DNA of 63,810 nt, filler included, from Reticulomyxa filosa (taxonomy: Eukaryota; Protista; Foraminifera), in NCBI GenBank assembly GCA_000512085.1. It is 19 parts of 19 records of this genome, joined end to end, with 100 filler letters (N's around TTAATTAATTAA, not from the genome) between each part and the next. Parts side by side here need not be neighbours in the genome. Positions count along the whole stretch, not along the records: positions 38,727 to 40,747 come from ASPP01024776.1; positions 40,848 to 43,159 come from ASPP01013980.1; positions 43,260 to 44,393 come from ASPP01037532.1; positions 44,494 to 46,301 come from ASPP01039455.1; positions 46,402 to 47,917 come from ASPP01029704.1; positions 48,018 to 54,057 come from ASPP01026394.1; 13 more parts are not named here. One strand, written 5' to 3'. This document shows, one piece after another, positions 40,386 to 54,057 of the stretch. The notes under the pieces are model-generated. The model was not told the origin of the DNA. It saw nothing but the letters and a program-made list of their open reading frames with translations, and ran no database searches. Made by a program: the position numbers and the translations under genes. Each line of letters begins with the position of its first letter. Position 1 is the first letter of the stretch.

Positions 40386-40851
40386 AAATTTTTATAATAT
40401 TTCTATGAAGGTATTATATAACAATAAAAGAACCCACAAAATGCAATAAATTTGATCATTTGTTAATTTTTTAGTTTCCATTTTTCTTCTTGTCTAGTTG
40501 GCCAATATCCTTCAAAATATTTGATGTGTGGCCAACATAAATTCACATTTAAAAAGATTGAAAAAAATTGTATAAATATGATCGATAACTAATCCTTAAG
40601 ATCAAATCTTAAAAATTTCAATTATCATATCTTATATTTCCATTTTTTCCTTTTGGATGGAGTTTCAATACCAAACATATTTGTTCCAAAGATTATACAT
40701 TTTTTTCATATGTTAGAACCTATAAACAAAGCTTCATTTGTAACATANNNNNNNNNNNNNNNNNNNNNNNNNNNNNNNNNNNNNNNNNNNNTTAATTAAT
40801 TAANNNNNNNNNNNNNNNNNNNNNNNNNNNNNNNNNNNNNNNNNNNNAAAA

Positions 40852-40883
<32 letters not shown>

Positions 40884-40942
40884 GTATATATTATTATCCT
40901 ACTCGACTTGTATGTGTTTGTAAAAGGTATACGATACTCGGG

Positions 40943-41524
40943 GTGACAGTCGCAAGCTACTTTGGAAGTGACATTGAAACGCCATGCACACTGAACTGGG
41001 GCCACTTCCAAGGCTTTCATGCCTCTGACAAAAATTCATTCTGGGTGTATTTCATCTCATACTTGGTGGTCCTCTTCCCTGCCTTTGATGTGCTGTCTGC
41101 CTTTCCGCTCAATTGCATTACCTTAGCAAACAATTTACTGGTTGCCTTCTTGCCTTACCACTTGTCCACACAGAGAAAATATGTCATCATATCCCGCTTG
41201 GCTTGTGCCGTTCTTCCCATTGCTGGAGGGGCCTTGGTCAGCAATCTCGACACCATTTTGCAGTTCACTGGTTGTGTCGGCATTCTCATCGGCTTCTTTT
41301 TCCCTGCTTTGATCGAATTCAAATCCAAACAGCTTTGTCGACAACTTTATCCGCCCAGAAACGCACAAAGTGCTGATGCATTTCCCACTCAACCCGAGAA
41401 GTCTTTTGTTACTCCTTATACTTATTGGTTTTGCGATGACCGCTTTGTAATAGGGGGATTGGTGTTTTCTGTTTTAGCTTTTACTGCTTCATTGTACGCT
41501 GCTGTAGTGTCTGCAGAAAGCTAG
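40943..41524 (+). CDS. Amino-acid transporter family (TMEM104-like), last exon
   Basis: LVVLFPAFDVLSAFPLNCITLANNL...NLDTILQFTG...FFFPAL; several TM helices. Confidence 0.7.
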   Translation: MTVASYFGSDIETPCTLNWGHFQGFHASDKNSFWVYFISYLVVLFPAFDVLSAFPLNCITLANNLLVAFLPYHLSTQRKYVIISRLACAVLPIAGGALVSNLDTILQFTGCVGILIGFFFPALIEFKSKQLCRQLYPPRNAQSADAFPTQPEKSFVTPYTYWFCDDRFVIGGLVFSVLAFTASLYAAVVSAES

Positions 41525-41736
41525 CCTCAGCAATTTGTATTGTAAGTGCATTATTGTAGAAAATGGCCTTTTTTTTAAATAATAATTGCAGATATATTTT
41601 TTTTCTCTCTCTTTTTTTGCAGCAGTGAAAAAAGTAAATATGTCAACATTAAAGAGAATAAGGGAGGGGGGGGGGACGCGAATCAAACCAAAAAAAAGAT
41701 AATCAACTAAACTAAGGGTCTTTGCAGAAGCTAAGC

Positions 41737-43119
41737 ATGACACAAGTCACACAATCTAAATCATTACAACTTCATCCAACCTTATCAGAGTCTCCAGAGT
41801 TTTTGGAATCAGATCGGACAGCAGCAGAAAAAGAAATTGAAGCCCACTTGGTAAAAGCCAAGTGCATCGAAGCAGAAAGCGACCCGTTGCGTCAGGATTA
41901 CAAAGAAGTGGTGAAATGTATCCGATCGTTTTCCCCAAAGACGTGTACGTACTTGTCTTTGTTGGACAAGATTAAATCAGCAGAGGAGCTGTGGCCATTC
42001 ATTTACAAGGAATTGCTGTCTTCGAAAGAAGCGCAGTACAAGCATAAAATCATTTCTGTGATTGGTATGAATATGTGTGTATTTTGGAAAGAAGAAAGAG
42101 AGAGAGAGAGAGAGACAAATAAATGAGCAAATGAACAAATGCATTGCGAACAACAAAACAAGGTGAGCTAATGATTCACGAGCCAACACAATGGTTGGAA
42201 ATATATCGTCAAAACGAGCGTTGGAGTCAAACGACGAATTTGCTATGGCATTTGGTCCAACACCAGACGGTGCATATCATTCGAGACATTTACCAATTTC
42301 CAAGCAAGATTTGCAAGGACTATTTGAATGTGGCCATTGGTTATGGGAAGTCATTGCAAACAGGCAAACAACAAAAAGAAACATCAAGAAGAAGAAGAAG
42401 AAGAAGAAGAAGAAGAAGAAGAAAAGAGAAAACGCAAAGAGGTAAATAAAGAAACGAACCAAGAAGTGAACAAAGAGAATGCAACGCAACAGACATCGAA
42501 AGAACCACTCGAAAGTGCAAGCGATGACGAAAAGCGCAACATGTCTCACTCCAACACGTCAAATGAGCAAATGCAAATCGGCACTGTCAATTGCGACTGC
42601 ATTGTGACGGCGTTGCATTTGAAGAAGTGCGGCTTCAATCCTGTTATTTTGAATTTGGCGAATGGGACAGCCCCCGCCGCAGCCACTCATTCAAACTCTG
42701 AGGGTTTATATACATATATATATATATATATATATGTATGTATATATATAATATATTTATATATACTTACATATATTGTAAGGAGGTACGCAAGAAGAAA
42801 ATCTGTTCAAACGCAGCACGTATTACCTAAGCCTATGGCCACGGCGCAACCAACACATCAATCATCAACCTTATGCAGATTACAAAAGCAGTGGTCCGAT
42901 GATAAACCCGTCTTTGTATCCAATTGACGACTATCACGGCGCCATTTACTCGCCTTTTGTATACGTGTTTCGAAGCTCGGAACAGTCGGGCTATGCGCTC
43001 TTGCCGTTGCAACAAAGGGCTGTGCTCTCCTTCATTGCCGCACAGGCACCCATCAATTTCTCTGGTAGCTCCGCTTTGGCGTCCACTCAAAAGAGTATGT
43101 TCCTTGCCAAAATCAGGTA

Positions 43120-43159
<40 letters not shown>
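41737..43159 (+). CDS. Bacterial-type poly(ADP-ribose) glycohydrolase (DUF2263/TIGR02452 macrodomain), multi-exon, truncated
   Basis: DCIVTALHL...PVILNLAN...|GGTQEENLFKRSTYYLSL...LYPI...GAIYSPFVYVFRSSEQSGY...LSFIAAQAP...KIR. Confidence 0.8.
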
Positions 43160-43504
43160 NNNNNNNNNNNNNNNNNNNNNNNNNNNNNNNNNNNNNNNNN
43201 NNNTTAATTAATTAANNNNNNNNNNNNNNNNNNNNNNNNNNNNNNNNNNNNNNNNNNNNAGTAAGAAAAAATTAAAATTGCGAGAAATGACTTTTGATTC
43301 CTGTTTACAATCGCTTAATGATCAATACAAATAATTTTTTACTTATGTTTGGTTCGAATTTCTCTTTTAATAAATTACAAAACGCAAATATAATAAAACA
43401 ACACCCAGAAATATGAATTAAACACAACATTTGCACCCAAATATCCCTTAATCTGGGCACAAAGCCATAAAGTAAAATAATAAAAAAAATGTAAACATGA
43501 AATT

Positions 43505-44393
43505 TTTTTTTAAAATAACAGTAATGATCTGGTTTGAAAGGTTCATCTTGTTTGATTCCTAAATATTTAGATTGCTCCTTGCTCAATGGAGTTAATTTGG
43601 CTCACAATTTGTCCTTTTTGACAAATTATAAACACAAACTTTGTATTTTCCATTGCCCTTATTTTCCCACAAGTTAATTTGAGCAATCACTTGGTTGGTG
43701 AACGAACAAGACATGATGTAAACGATTCCGTGACCAAGTCAAAATTTGACAACCATTTATGGTTGTCGTCGTCATTCATTGCCTGACGGAATTATGCACG
43801 CTACTGATGTCATGATTGTGCTGGCAAGCAGGTGATGATTTGTGGTTATGGCGATGTTAGTAAAGGATGTGCCCAGTCGATGAAAAGTGTGCGCTACTAG
43901 CAAGGGAACAGCAAAGCTCCTTTCCTTGACCATACTATTATACAACCGGTTGCACACCAGTCGTGATTTCTTCAGAAACTCCAACAACTCGAGCAGCAAT
44001 CTTATATTCCACTTTTTCATATCTTTTTTTCAATTGCTCTTTAATGGGCGTTAACACGATCTTGAATTTGGCATTGGTTGCTTTGCTTGAGTCAGGGAGC
44101 TTTCCATTGATCTCGAATATATATATATTTTTTCCCCATTTCACACACACATTCGTGGATCAACAACGTTGCATCGCCATTGGACCATGTCAACATTTCC
44201 AATGTACAGTCCCAAGTAATCACCTTTCCACGCAACAATAGCTGCGGTACCTTTTGCAACCACTGCCGTGGCTGCATGGTCTTGCGTATTGCAGAGAACA
44301 TATTGCATGATGCCCCAATGCAATTCTAATCGACACTGCCATTTGGATCGTCATATGCAGAGATCCTGAGATCTTTGCACCTTTCAATGGTTG
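43505..44393 (-). pseudogene. AHCY: S-adenosylhomocysteine hydrolase pseudogene with inverted middle segment (about 43716-43897 on +)
   Basis: Minus strand: QPLKGAKISGSLHMTIQ, TQDHAA, AWKG, GDATLLIHE, GVSEEITTGV, then [12 protein letters not shown]...KPDHY. Plus strand: [24 protein letters not shown]...GYGDVSKGCAQ. Many frameshifts. Confidence 0.9.
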
Positions 44394-44493
44394 NNNNNNN
44401 NNNNNNNNNNNNNNNNNNNNNNNNNNNNNNNNNNNNNTTAATTAATTAANNNNNNNNNNNNNNNNNNNNNNNNNNNNNNNNNNNNNNNNNNNN

Positions 44494-46033
44494 AAAAAAA
44501 AAAAAAGATAAATGCAGAAGCTGTCCATGACAAAAAACTCTCGAACAATGAACTGCTTGGCGACGACAAGAAGGATGAGAGCAGTAGCGAAGAGAAAGGC
44601 GGGAAAAGCAAAAACCGAAACAAAAACAAGAACAAAACGGGCAGCGACAATGACAATGACAATGACAATGAAAATGAGAATGAGAATGACAATGACAACG
44701 AAAGTGAAAACGATAACGAAAACGACAGCGAGACAATGGCTGGCAACAATGTGAACAGCAAAACGAACACTGATCTCACCGGTAATGAAAATGGACAGCA
44801 CGCGAAAAACAGTGAGAGCGGCCGAACCGCTTCGCTGTCGCCATTGTCGCCCAAAACATCGCCAGACATACTGTTGCATGCACATCAAATGAAGCGACTG
44901 AGTGAAGCTTCCGACTTGCAAGAGAAGCAACAGCTGATGGCCGAAAAAATAAAACTCTGCGAACTTTCTTGCGATTTCAATGCCACATCGGTGAACGAAA
45001 AGCAAAGAATCAACAATAAGAAGGAGTTGTTGTTGGAGACTTTGCAGGCGATGAACGGATGCAAATGGAACTCACCGCAACTGCTGGCTGCGTGTTTGTC
45101 CACTATTCAGCGCAACTTATTCCGCGCTTTGCCGGACGAAACTGTTCCCAATGGAAATCAAAACACTGAAGAAGAATTAGAATTCAAAGATCCAGCTTGG
45201 TATAATATTATAAATTTTATTATTATAATTTTTTTTTTTAAAAAAAAATTAAATAAAATTAAATTTAAAAAAAAAAAAGGGAACATTTGCAATTGATTTA
45301 TGAACTCACTTTCCACGTTGTGACAAATACCAGTGTCGACAAACGGACAATGAAAAAACACTTGCAAGGCCAGTTCTTGCAACGGCTGACACTGCTGTTT
45401 GGGTCTCCAGATGGACGTGAACCACAATATGTTAAGATCATTTTGCACGCCATTTATGGTCGCTTCATGGCGCTGCGCAAGGCGATTCGAAAGCATTTGT
45501 GCAATTATTGCTACAAGTACATCTATGAAAGCATCCAAGACAAGGAAACGTGGCAAGGCTTGCCCGAAATTTTGGAAATCTTTTGCAGCATCTTCCAAGG
45601 ATTAAATGTCCCTGTCAAAGCCGATTATCGCTTGCTCATCAAAAACGTTATCATCCCATTGCACAAAACGTTTCATTTAGACGAGTTTCATGATCAATTG
45701 GTTGCCTGTTGCACACAATTTGCAATGAAAGATATTCAATCTGTTCCTGTTATTTTAGGTGGTATTCTTAAAGTTGATTTTCAATAAACTTTACACGTTT
45801 ACACACATATGTAACATTTTGATAACTTGACTTAAAAAATTATTATTTGCATACAATCACAATCTTCTATAAATAAATACACAAAATATAAAGTATTGGC
45901 CAAAATTTAACCCAGGAAAAGAACAAATGTTTATTCAGGAAATTGTTCATATTATTACCATTTGCAGCAGAGATCCTAAGTTTATAACTTTGCCAGACTT
46001 TATTGCTATTATTGTAAGTTGTTTTTCCTTATA

Positions 46034-46064
<31 letters not shown>

Positions 46065-46301
46065 GTAAATACATATTTTGTCCATTTTCTTCCTCCTTTT
46101 CTAACCACAAATAAACAACACACAATGAAAATTATATCCATAAAAGCCAGCAATTTTGGACCAATTTCTTCAATGCATGAAATCATTGCATCATCAAGTG
46201 GCAGAGCGTGCTTTGTCGGCATGGCGTGAAGAGTCAATCTACGCATTGGTTGACGTGAAAAAAGAGGAGATATGGCCGAAAGCCATTCGAATGCTCCGAC
46301 A
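44494..46301 (+). CDS. PP2A regulatory subunit B' (B56 family), partial, multi-exon
   Basis: KIKLCELSCDF, NLFRALP, DPAW|HLQLIYEL, LFGSPDGREPQYVKIILHAIYGRF, GLPEILEIFCSIFQG, YWPKFNPGKEQMF, SLHHQVAERAL. Confidence 0.93.
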
Positions 46302-48017
46302 NNNNNNNNNNNNNNNNNNNNNNNNNNNNNNNNNNNNNNNNNNNNTTAATTAATTAANNNNNNNNNNNNNNNNNNNNNNNNNNNNNNNNNNNNNNNNNNN
46401 NTATATATATATATATCATTTGGATAGCATGTAAAAAGTACTGAGTCCTTGCTATTACGGAACTTTCGTAACATCTCAGCGGATTTACCATAAACAACAT
46501 TACTAAAGTAATCTTTACGTATCATTGTCTATCAAAAAAGAGAACAAGATACAAAGTTTTTCCTTTTCTATTATCTAAAAGTGCTAATGTAAACACAAAA
46601 TAGAAAAATAAAGCAACTTCAACTCCGTTCATCTTGTGCGCTTTGTTAGAATTATGTATTTCACCTAAAAAATAGTGCATATGTTTTTTTGAGGGGAGGG
46701 GGGAAAAAAACTATCGTGCGTAGATGCGTCTTTACGGGGAATATTCTTTTACACATTTTGATTGATACAAGAAAAAAAAGAAAAAAAGAAACAAAGCATG
46801 GACAAACACATTACCTTTAACGAATCGCATTTTGAAAGAAGAATGGTCCTAAGCTCAAATGATGATGATAATGATGATAAATAAAAAGTGCACCTAGTTT
46901 TTTTAAATCAAAGTTCTTGCCCGTCTACTTCATAAAAAAAATTCAAAATCTCAAAGTGTAATTAATTTTAATTGTATTAACATATTTAACTTGAATAAGT
47001 TAATGTATTTATTATATAAAGAATGCATTAAATTTTAATACGTTTTTTAACGGAACCTTCAATTAGAATAGTTGTTTAAAATACGATTTTTCTTTCTTTT
47101 GTACACAATCCCAAATTTATTGAAATTATACAGTTATTTTTTAACTGTTTACAAGTGTCAAAAAAAGCATCCGCGATTGACGTATTTGAGGTATACGATA
47201 TGTTGTTCGTTTCATAGTGAATCAGTGAATATTTGGATGCATTTGTTTTCATTTGTATTGTTTTTAGCATTTGCAGCGAAAGAAATATACGTGCACACAA
47301 CAAGCATAATGATCATGGACTGATTAACGATTATCATTCGTGTGTGTGGAATATACGCAATGTTTGAATGAGGATATATTTGGAATATTTGTGGAATAGA
47401 ATAAGTGCATTATGTTACGTATACAAGTATATTCCAGATTCGATTGTGTATATTACTTGTTTGGAAAGAGGAGGGAGAGACAAGGTATCCAGTTCAATTT
47501 TGAACTTACAATGTTTCGTTACAACAAAAATGATAAACCGAAAGTATTTCAATGCACTCTTTTGTCTCATAAATTAAAAAATTGTAAACAATTCAATTAC
47601 GACGACATCTGTGGAATTGTTACTATGATTGGATCATTCAACAAAAAATGTTAATTATATGTCCTTATCTTTATGTTATTTTGTTGTTTTAATATAAATG
47701 ATATAACCAATATTTTAAATAGATATCCTATTCCAATGAGAGTGTGTATGTTATCGAATGAAAGGTGGTAAGAATATGAAAGTATGTTTGATTAACAATA
47801 ATGTTATTGGATGAAAAAATAATAAATTAAAAATAAAATCATTACAAGTTGAAAATCCAAACAATTATACAAATACAGTAGGTTTCAAAAAAAACTAAAC
47901 GCCTAAAAGGCACCTTANNNNNNNNNNNNNNNNNNNNNNNNNNNNNNNNNNNNNNNNNNNNTTAATTAATTAANNNNNNNNNNNNNNNNNNNNNNNNNNN
48001 NNNNNNNNNNNNNNNNN

Positions 48018-49076
48018 CTTCAATGGGATTGATTTCCAAGTTTAGTGATGTTTGTTGGGCGAGATCGCAAATCGGCTTTTTAAGAATGTCTTTGAGCACT
48101 CCCAGTCCTTGTCCTCTTCGCGCGTAGGCTGAAAGCATCTGCGTGACCGCACTATTGGCACGCATAAAGGACCCGATCTCATCCGCTTGCTCGAACGAGA
48201 TCCGCAACACCTGTCGGAACAATGTCAACAGCAGTCGCTCTTCGTGCGAGTCGTATTGATTGCCGTACAGGTCGAACACCACCGTTTTTACAAAGTCGTT
48301 CGTGTCCTTCGTCTCCACGTAATACGACAGACACGCCAAGTACTTGTCTTCTTTTCGCAACAAGTGGAACAACTTCTCGTAATGACTTTTCTTCTTGCCG
48401 TCCAAAAGTCGGTCTATTCGTGGAGTATTGGTTTCTGGGTCGATCATACTCCCTGTTATTTCGTTTAACTATTTATTATATACACACACACACATATACA
48501 TATGTATATATATATATATATATGTATATCGTGGATGTCACTCAGCTTCTCCTCACTCCAATTTTTTATTAAATACAAAAAAATCTCTCTTTTTTTTTTT
48601 TTAAAAAAAAAAAAAAGCTAAACTTGGGTTATCGAAATCATGTTTTGTATAAAACGCTCAATTTGCTTGTCCAATAACATCAAGTTCTTTTCCAACTCAA
48701 AGTTACGCTTTGCTGCTGGACTAATCTCTTCTTCAAGCCTTTGCATTTCATTTTTATCTGTTACCACAAAAAAAAATTCGCTGCTCAATGATTCAAGGGT
48801 CTCATTTCCAAACATGCTCAAAAAAAAAAACAACACACACACACATACACATTGCGTACCCTCTTCTAACTGCTTTGCAAGTTCATCTTGGTTGTAAAGC
48901 AATTCTTCTTTGCATGCCACCAAGTCCACTCTTCTTTCCACCAGTGAATCTCTTGCACTTTGTTCACCTTTTCTTTCTGGTTTCTTTCTCTCCGGCCATC
49001 CCTTGTTATCTTGTACCTTTCCTTTTTGTGCCTCTTTTTTCTTCGTTTCCAGTGTCTCTTGACTAAATGCTGACAT
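48018..49076 (-). CDS. Gap1/Sar1-like RasGAP (IQGAP-related GRD), 5' part
   Basis: LYGNQYDSHEERLLL...FMRANSAVTQMLSAYARRGQG...LNLEINP. Confidence 0.85.
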
Positions 49077-49524
49077 TTTCTTCGTAGGGTTATTTTTTGC
49101 TTTTATTTGTTATGTTGTATAATAGAGTCCTATTTCAGCATAAAGTGTAGTTATATAAAATATATAGCATTACAAGGATTATAACGTTGGAAAGTTCAAG
49201 GCGACAAAACTAGAATTAAAAATTTTTTGCAGATATTTTCCGCAGATTTTCAAGCCCAAACTTACCAAACCTTGCCAGTACAATTTGCTATAAAACATGT
49301 CACTTATGCATAATTTTATCCTTACTTATTAAGTGAACAGTTTAAAAGCTTTTAGCTACAAGCGCTAGCACTTTTACTGCAAAGAGCATCGCTTTTGAAG
49401 ATTTTAAATTGCATCAAGAACAACCCTAACTAAAGAGGAGAGGAGACGGCCAACGCCGCTGTTTTTTAAGTTTATTTTTTTTTGAAGATTTATTTGAATT
49501 CGTCACCGTCTATTATACGAAAGA

Positions 49525-52366
49525 ATGCCAAAAAAACAAACCACAAAAAATTCTGGGCTAGGAAATGCTATAAGAAATAAGCAAGGAAGGAAAAATGCGC
49601 CAGAAAATCGAGCGTCAGGTCGAATGAAGCGACGTCAAAATGAGATAAAGCAGCTGGAAGTGCAAAACCCGAATTCGAACGCACCAAAATTGAGATCGGT
49701 GACAGAAGTGACAGATTTGCAGGAGTTTGTGGATACAATAGTTGAAGCTCAGAAATATGAGCAAGTAAAAGAGGAAGTGCAATTAATCGTCAAAGAGAAT
49801 GACGTAGGAGCGCAGGAAGCCAAGTTGTTGGCCGAACTTGCAAAGTTTGAAGTAGTAAAAAATAATCAACAATCAAAAAAAAAAAAATTATTTTGCGTTT
49901 TTGCGTGAAACTTATATCTTTTTTTTTTTTTGTGGTAATGGGGGGGAATAATAAATAAATAAAAATAGTGATATACAAACAAAACAACATTGCATCAAGG
50001 TCGGAAATCTATAGTTATAAAAACTTGCCGATTCCTCGACGACCCCATTGGGACAAAACGACAACCAGCGAGGAGTTGGACAAATTAGAGCACTTGGAAT
50101 TTATAAAATGGCGACGCAATTTGGCGCACACAGCCGAAAAAGCGCAACAAGAAAAGACACCGCAGACGTACCTCGCAGGTGGCATAGGCCCCTCGGTGGT
50201 GATGACGCCGTTTGAAAAGAACTTGAACATTTGGCGACAACTGTGGCGAGTGTTGGAACGCAGTGACTTGCTGTGCGTGATCGTGGACGCGCGTAATCCA
50301 TTGGCGTACATCTCCAGAGACTTGTGGTGCTACGTTCAGGAAATGAACGACGCCAACGAGTCCAACCCACACTATCGCAAAAAATACGTCTTACTGTTGG
50401 TGAATAAGGCCGATTATTTGACCCCTTTGCAGAGACAGTACTGGAGTGAGTACTTTGAATCGCAACGTATGCAATATGTATACTTCAGCGCCATGAACGA
50501 AAACATACGAATGCAGCTGCTCAGCAAATCCAGTCGAGAGGAAATGTCTCAAGAACGTCTCGAGACTGTTGTCAAAAATAGCGCTAATGTTGTCGACGAT
50601 CAGAACACCAATGCCGATCATCCAACTGATGATAGTCGTGGCAACATTGATAATGATAATAATAATAATAATATAATAATAATAATATTAATAATAATAA
50701 TATTAATAATAATAGTGATAGTAATGACACTAATAATAACAAAAATAATAATAATAACAATAATAACAATAATAACAATAATAATAGTAACAATAATAAT
50801 AATAAATTCCAAAAGTTTTATCGCCAAACTCACATCTTCACCACCGAAGAGTTGCTCGGACATTTCAAAAAGTATCAAAAACTTGTGCTTCGCGATCAGG
50901 AGCTGCGAGCCCAACAAATACGAAAAGAACAGGAGGAGATACGCGCAACTGAAAGTAAACTTGCAAGTCAAGAACTCCAACAAGAAAAGGCCAAGGAGGT
51001 GGGAACTGACAAAGAAAAAGAAAAAGCAACAGAGGGAGAAAAAGAAAAGGAAGAAGGGGAAGATGTAGAGGAAGAGGGGGAAGATGCTGACGATGACGAT
51101 GATGAAGAAGAAGAAGAGGAAGAAGAAGAGAAAGAGGAAGAAGAAGAAGAACAACAACAGAAATCGAAAGATGCTTCGAATACCACTCCAAAAAAAAATG
51201 CAACCGATGCTAACAATGAGACACCATCAAAGAAGAAGTTGGACAACAAAGATGCCACTGAAAATAAAAAGGAAGAACACGAATATAAAAGTTCTGGCAT
51301 CGTAGTTGGAATGGTCGGATATCCGAACGTCGGCAAGTCTTCGATTATCAATGTGTTGTGGGGTGCCAAGAAAGTCGGTGTGGCAGCGACGCCAGGTTTG
51401 CGAGTAGTATATCTTTGTGAGAAAAGAGAGAGAGGGTAGGGACTACTAAACAAATACGCACACGTGTGCGACATATTGCAGTTGGATGTGACTTAAAACA
51501 AAACAGGGAAAACCAAACATTTTCAAACATTAATCTTGTCCGAGGACATAACACTATGCGACTGTCCGGGATTAGTGTTTCCAACGCTTATGTCTTCCAA
51601 AGCAGATTTGGTGTTGAACGGAGTGTTGCCAATTGACACACTGACCGACTTTCTCACTCCTTCTCGTCTAATGTTTCATCGTTTGAACGCACAAAAAATT
51701 ATCGATTGTTATAATCTAAACTTAAATCCAATGGAATTTTTCCGCAAGACAAAACGCAACGTTACAGTCTTTGAAGTTTTGGACAGCTTTTGCTTCCAAA
51801 AAAGTATGCTGGGACACTCACAAGTGCCAGTGCGCAATCAGGCTGCACGTGTGATGTTGAAAGATTATGTCAAAGGGAAACTCTTGTACGCCCATCCTCC
51901 TCCTCATTTGACCGAACAGGAGAGACATTTATTCCAACATGCCGATATTGTTCGACCGAAAATTGACGACGACCATCTCGACGATGAACTGGAACGTATT
52001 GCCGAAGACCCAAATCAAGAAACTGAACCAGAAGAATCACAGGATCAAACTCAAGACGACCCAAATGATGCGCAGCCCAACAAACAGGAGGAACCAAATC
52101 CTAATAAGGACATTTATGACATTACTGATGAAGAATTCTTAGAATTATGGAAACATCCACTGGACAATTATAGCGAAGGCAGGCTTGGCACTTCCAAGTC
52201 CAAACACGAAAAAAAGGCAAGGACAATACGCAGAATTGAGAAAAAACAATCCAAAAGAAATAGATTGTTCCGCAAAGATCCTGACAACTTCAAATATGGT
52301 TCGAACATAATATCCACAAGCTGTGTACCATTTGTCAGTACTGTTCATGGACGGGCAGCAATTTAA
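49525..52366 (+). CDS. LSG1: Large subunit GTPase 1 (circularly permuted 60S biogenesis GTPase)
   Basis: LPIPRRPHW, TPFEKNLNIWRQLWRVLERSD, DARNP, NKAD, GYPNVGKSS, TPG|KTKHFQT, LCDCPGLVFP, AARVMLKDYVKGKL. One 1-nt frame break in the AAT repeat at about 50673. Confidence 0.95.
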
Positions 52367-53264
52367 AATCTTTAAAAGTAAAACAAAAAAAAAAACAGAA
52401 ATTTTGATTATTTTGTTAAATTTGATTTTAAATTATAACATGATTGTTATATGTTTTTTATTAATAATAAATGATTATGCTAATTTTTTGTCATATTCAT
52501 TGTTTATTTCACAAAACAATCAAACGAAAAAAAAAAATCAAAAATATTTCTTCCAGTAAGATGGTTGTGAAAAGGTGTGGTCCACATAATAATAATAATA
52601 ATTCTTTACAACATTACAAATGCTTGCTTTTAAATAATTGATTAGAGCTTATGCATCTGTGCGTTTGTGACTGACAGATTTGTACAACACTCTCAAATTG
52701 TCGGTGGAGCTGGCGGAAATGCCAGTGGACCAAGTGGTGGTCCTCAAATTAATGATGTTGATTAAATTTATTTTTATTTGAAAAGACCACGCGAATTTTT
52801 GCAAAAAAAAGTGTTCTTTCAGTGTTTTGGTTTTAAATTTTTTTTTTTTTTTTAAGTCATTGATCAATCTGAAATTTCATCAACTTTTTTTCCATTAAAA
52901 AAAAAAAGTGTAATGAATGAAAAAATATATAAGGTAATGGAGCAAGATATTAATGAGGTTTTGTACTACATCAATGGTAGTAATTAAAATTAGCTATTGT
53001 GTATGTTCTTACCGGCTGCCGTTGGCTTGGGTCGGTGAGAGCGAACTTGGGGGACGGCTTCACGTTAGATAATAGCATGATTGTATAATTTTTTTTAATT
53101 TTATTTCAAAAATTATTATAAAGAAAGTAATTAACAGACGTTTTGCTGATGTTTGTTTTCATTTTAAAAAAAAATTAAAGATGATATGATTAACTCGAAC
53201 AACTTTTTATTTCAACGTCAAAGCTACTTTTTTACATTTTCAAAAGAAAAAACTTCAATATCAA

Positions 53265-54057
53265 ATGGCAACTCTTATCAATGCGAAGAACATTTCAACA
53301 CAACAAGCATTGGTAAGCTTTATTAAAGCCTTTCACAAAGTCTATTGACTTTTTTATTTCATATATAAACAGTCCGAAAAAGAAGCGATACAAATAATTG
53401 TGAAACACTGGGTCCGTGTATTGCACGTTAAATTTGGTTGGATTAATGAACTAGAAAAAATGATCGCCAATTATGTTAATTTATTTGTATTTTCTTTTTT
53501 AAAAAAATAACAAATAAACATATTTAAATATTCAACAGGGTGTCCAATTTATATTTAATATAATTCAATTATCAGCCAAATTAATGAATACTTTTACTGG
53601 ACATAATGGTATTGTATGGAATATTGATTATTCAATATTCGATGATTGTCAATTCATTTGTTCCGGGTCAAAGGACGAAACTATTTGTGTATGGGATGTT
53701 GGTAACAACAAATTATTTCAATCATTCCATAAACATTTAGGTTCTGTAAATTGTGTAAAATTTTCACCTTATCATTATTATAAATATCGTCAAAATGTAA
53801 TTTCTTCTTCATCACATGACGGTACCATTCGTTTTTGGGATTTTAAAGATAATCAACAATTACAAATATTTAAACACAGTGATCATGTTGGTGGAATTGA
53901 ATTTTCACAATTTACTTGTGGTAGATATTTGTGTTTTGGATCATACAACAATACAATTAATTTATTGGACGTTGAAATACCAAAATCATTACATGTTTTC
54001 AATGGACATGAAAATTATGTTTGGTGTGTTGATATTTCACCATTACAAAGCAATAAT
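53265..54057 (+). CDS. WD40-repeat protein, paralog of 2274-3582, truncated
   Basis: GSKDETICVWD, CVKFSPYHY, SHDGTIRFWD; same first-exon type (IIVKHWVRVLHVKFGW). Confidence 0.9.

Noticed and set aside
46402-47917. Decayed Kelch-like pseudogene
   Set aside because: Only faint resemblance across several broken frames; cannot be supported without a search.
50650-50810. Programmed frameshift, pseudogenisation or poly-Ile TM segment in LSG1
   Set aside because: A single missing A in an AAT microsatellite (about 50673) explains it. Restoring it gives poly-Asn continuing into HIFTTEELL; likely a sequencing or assembly error in an essential gene.
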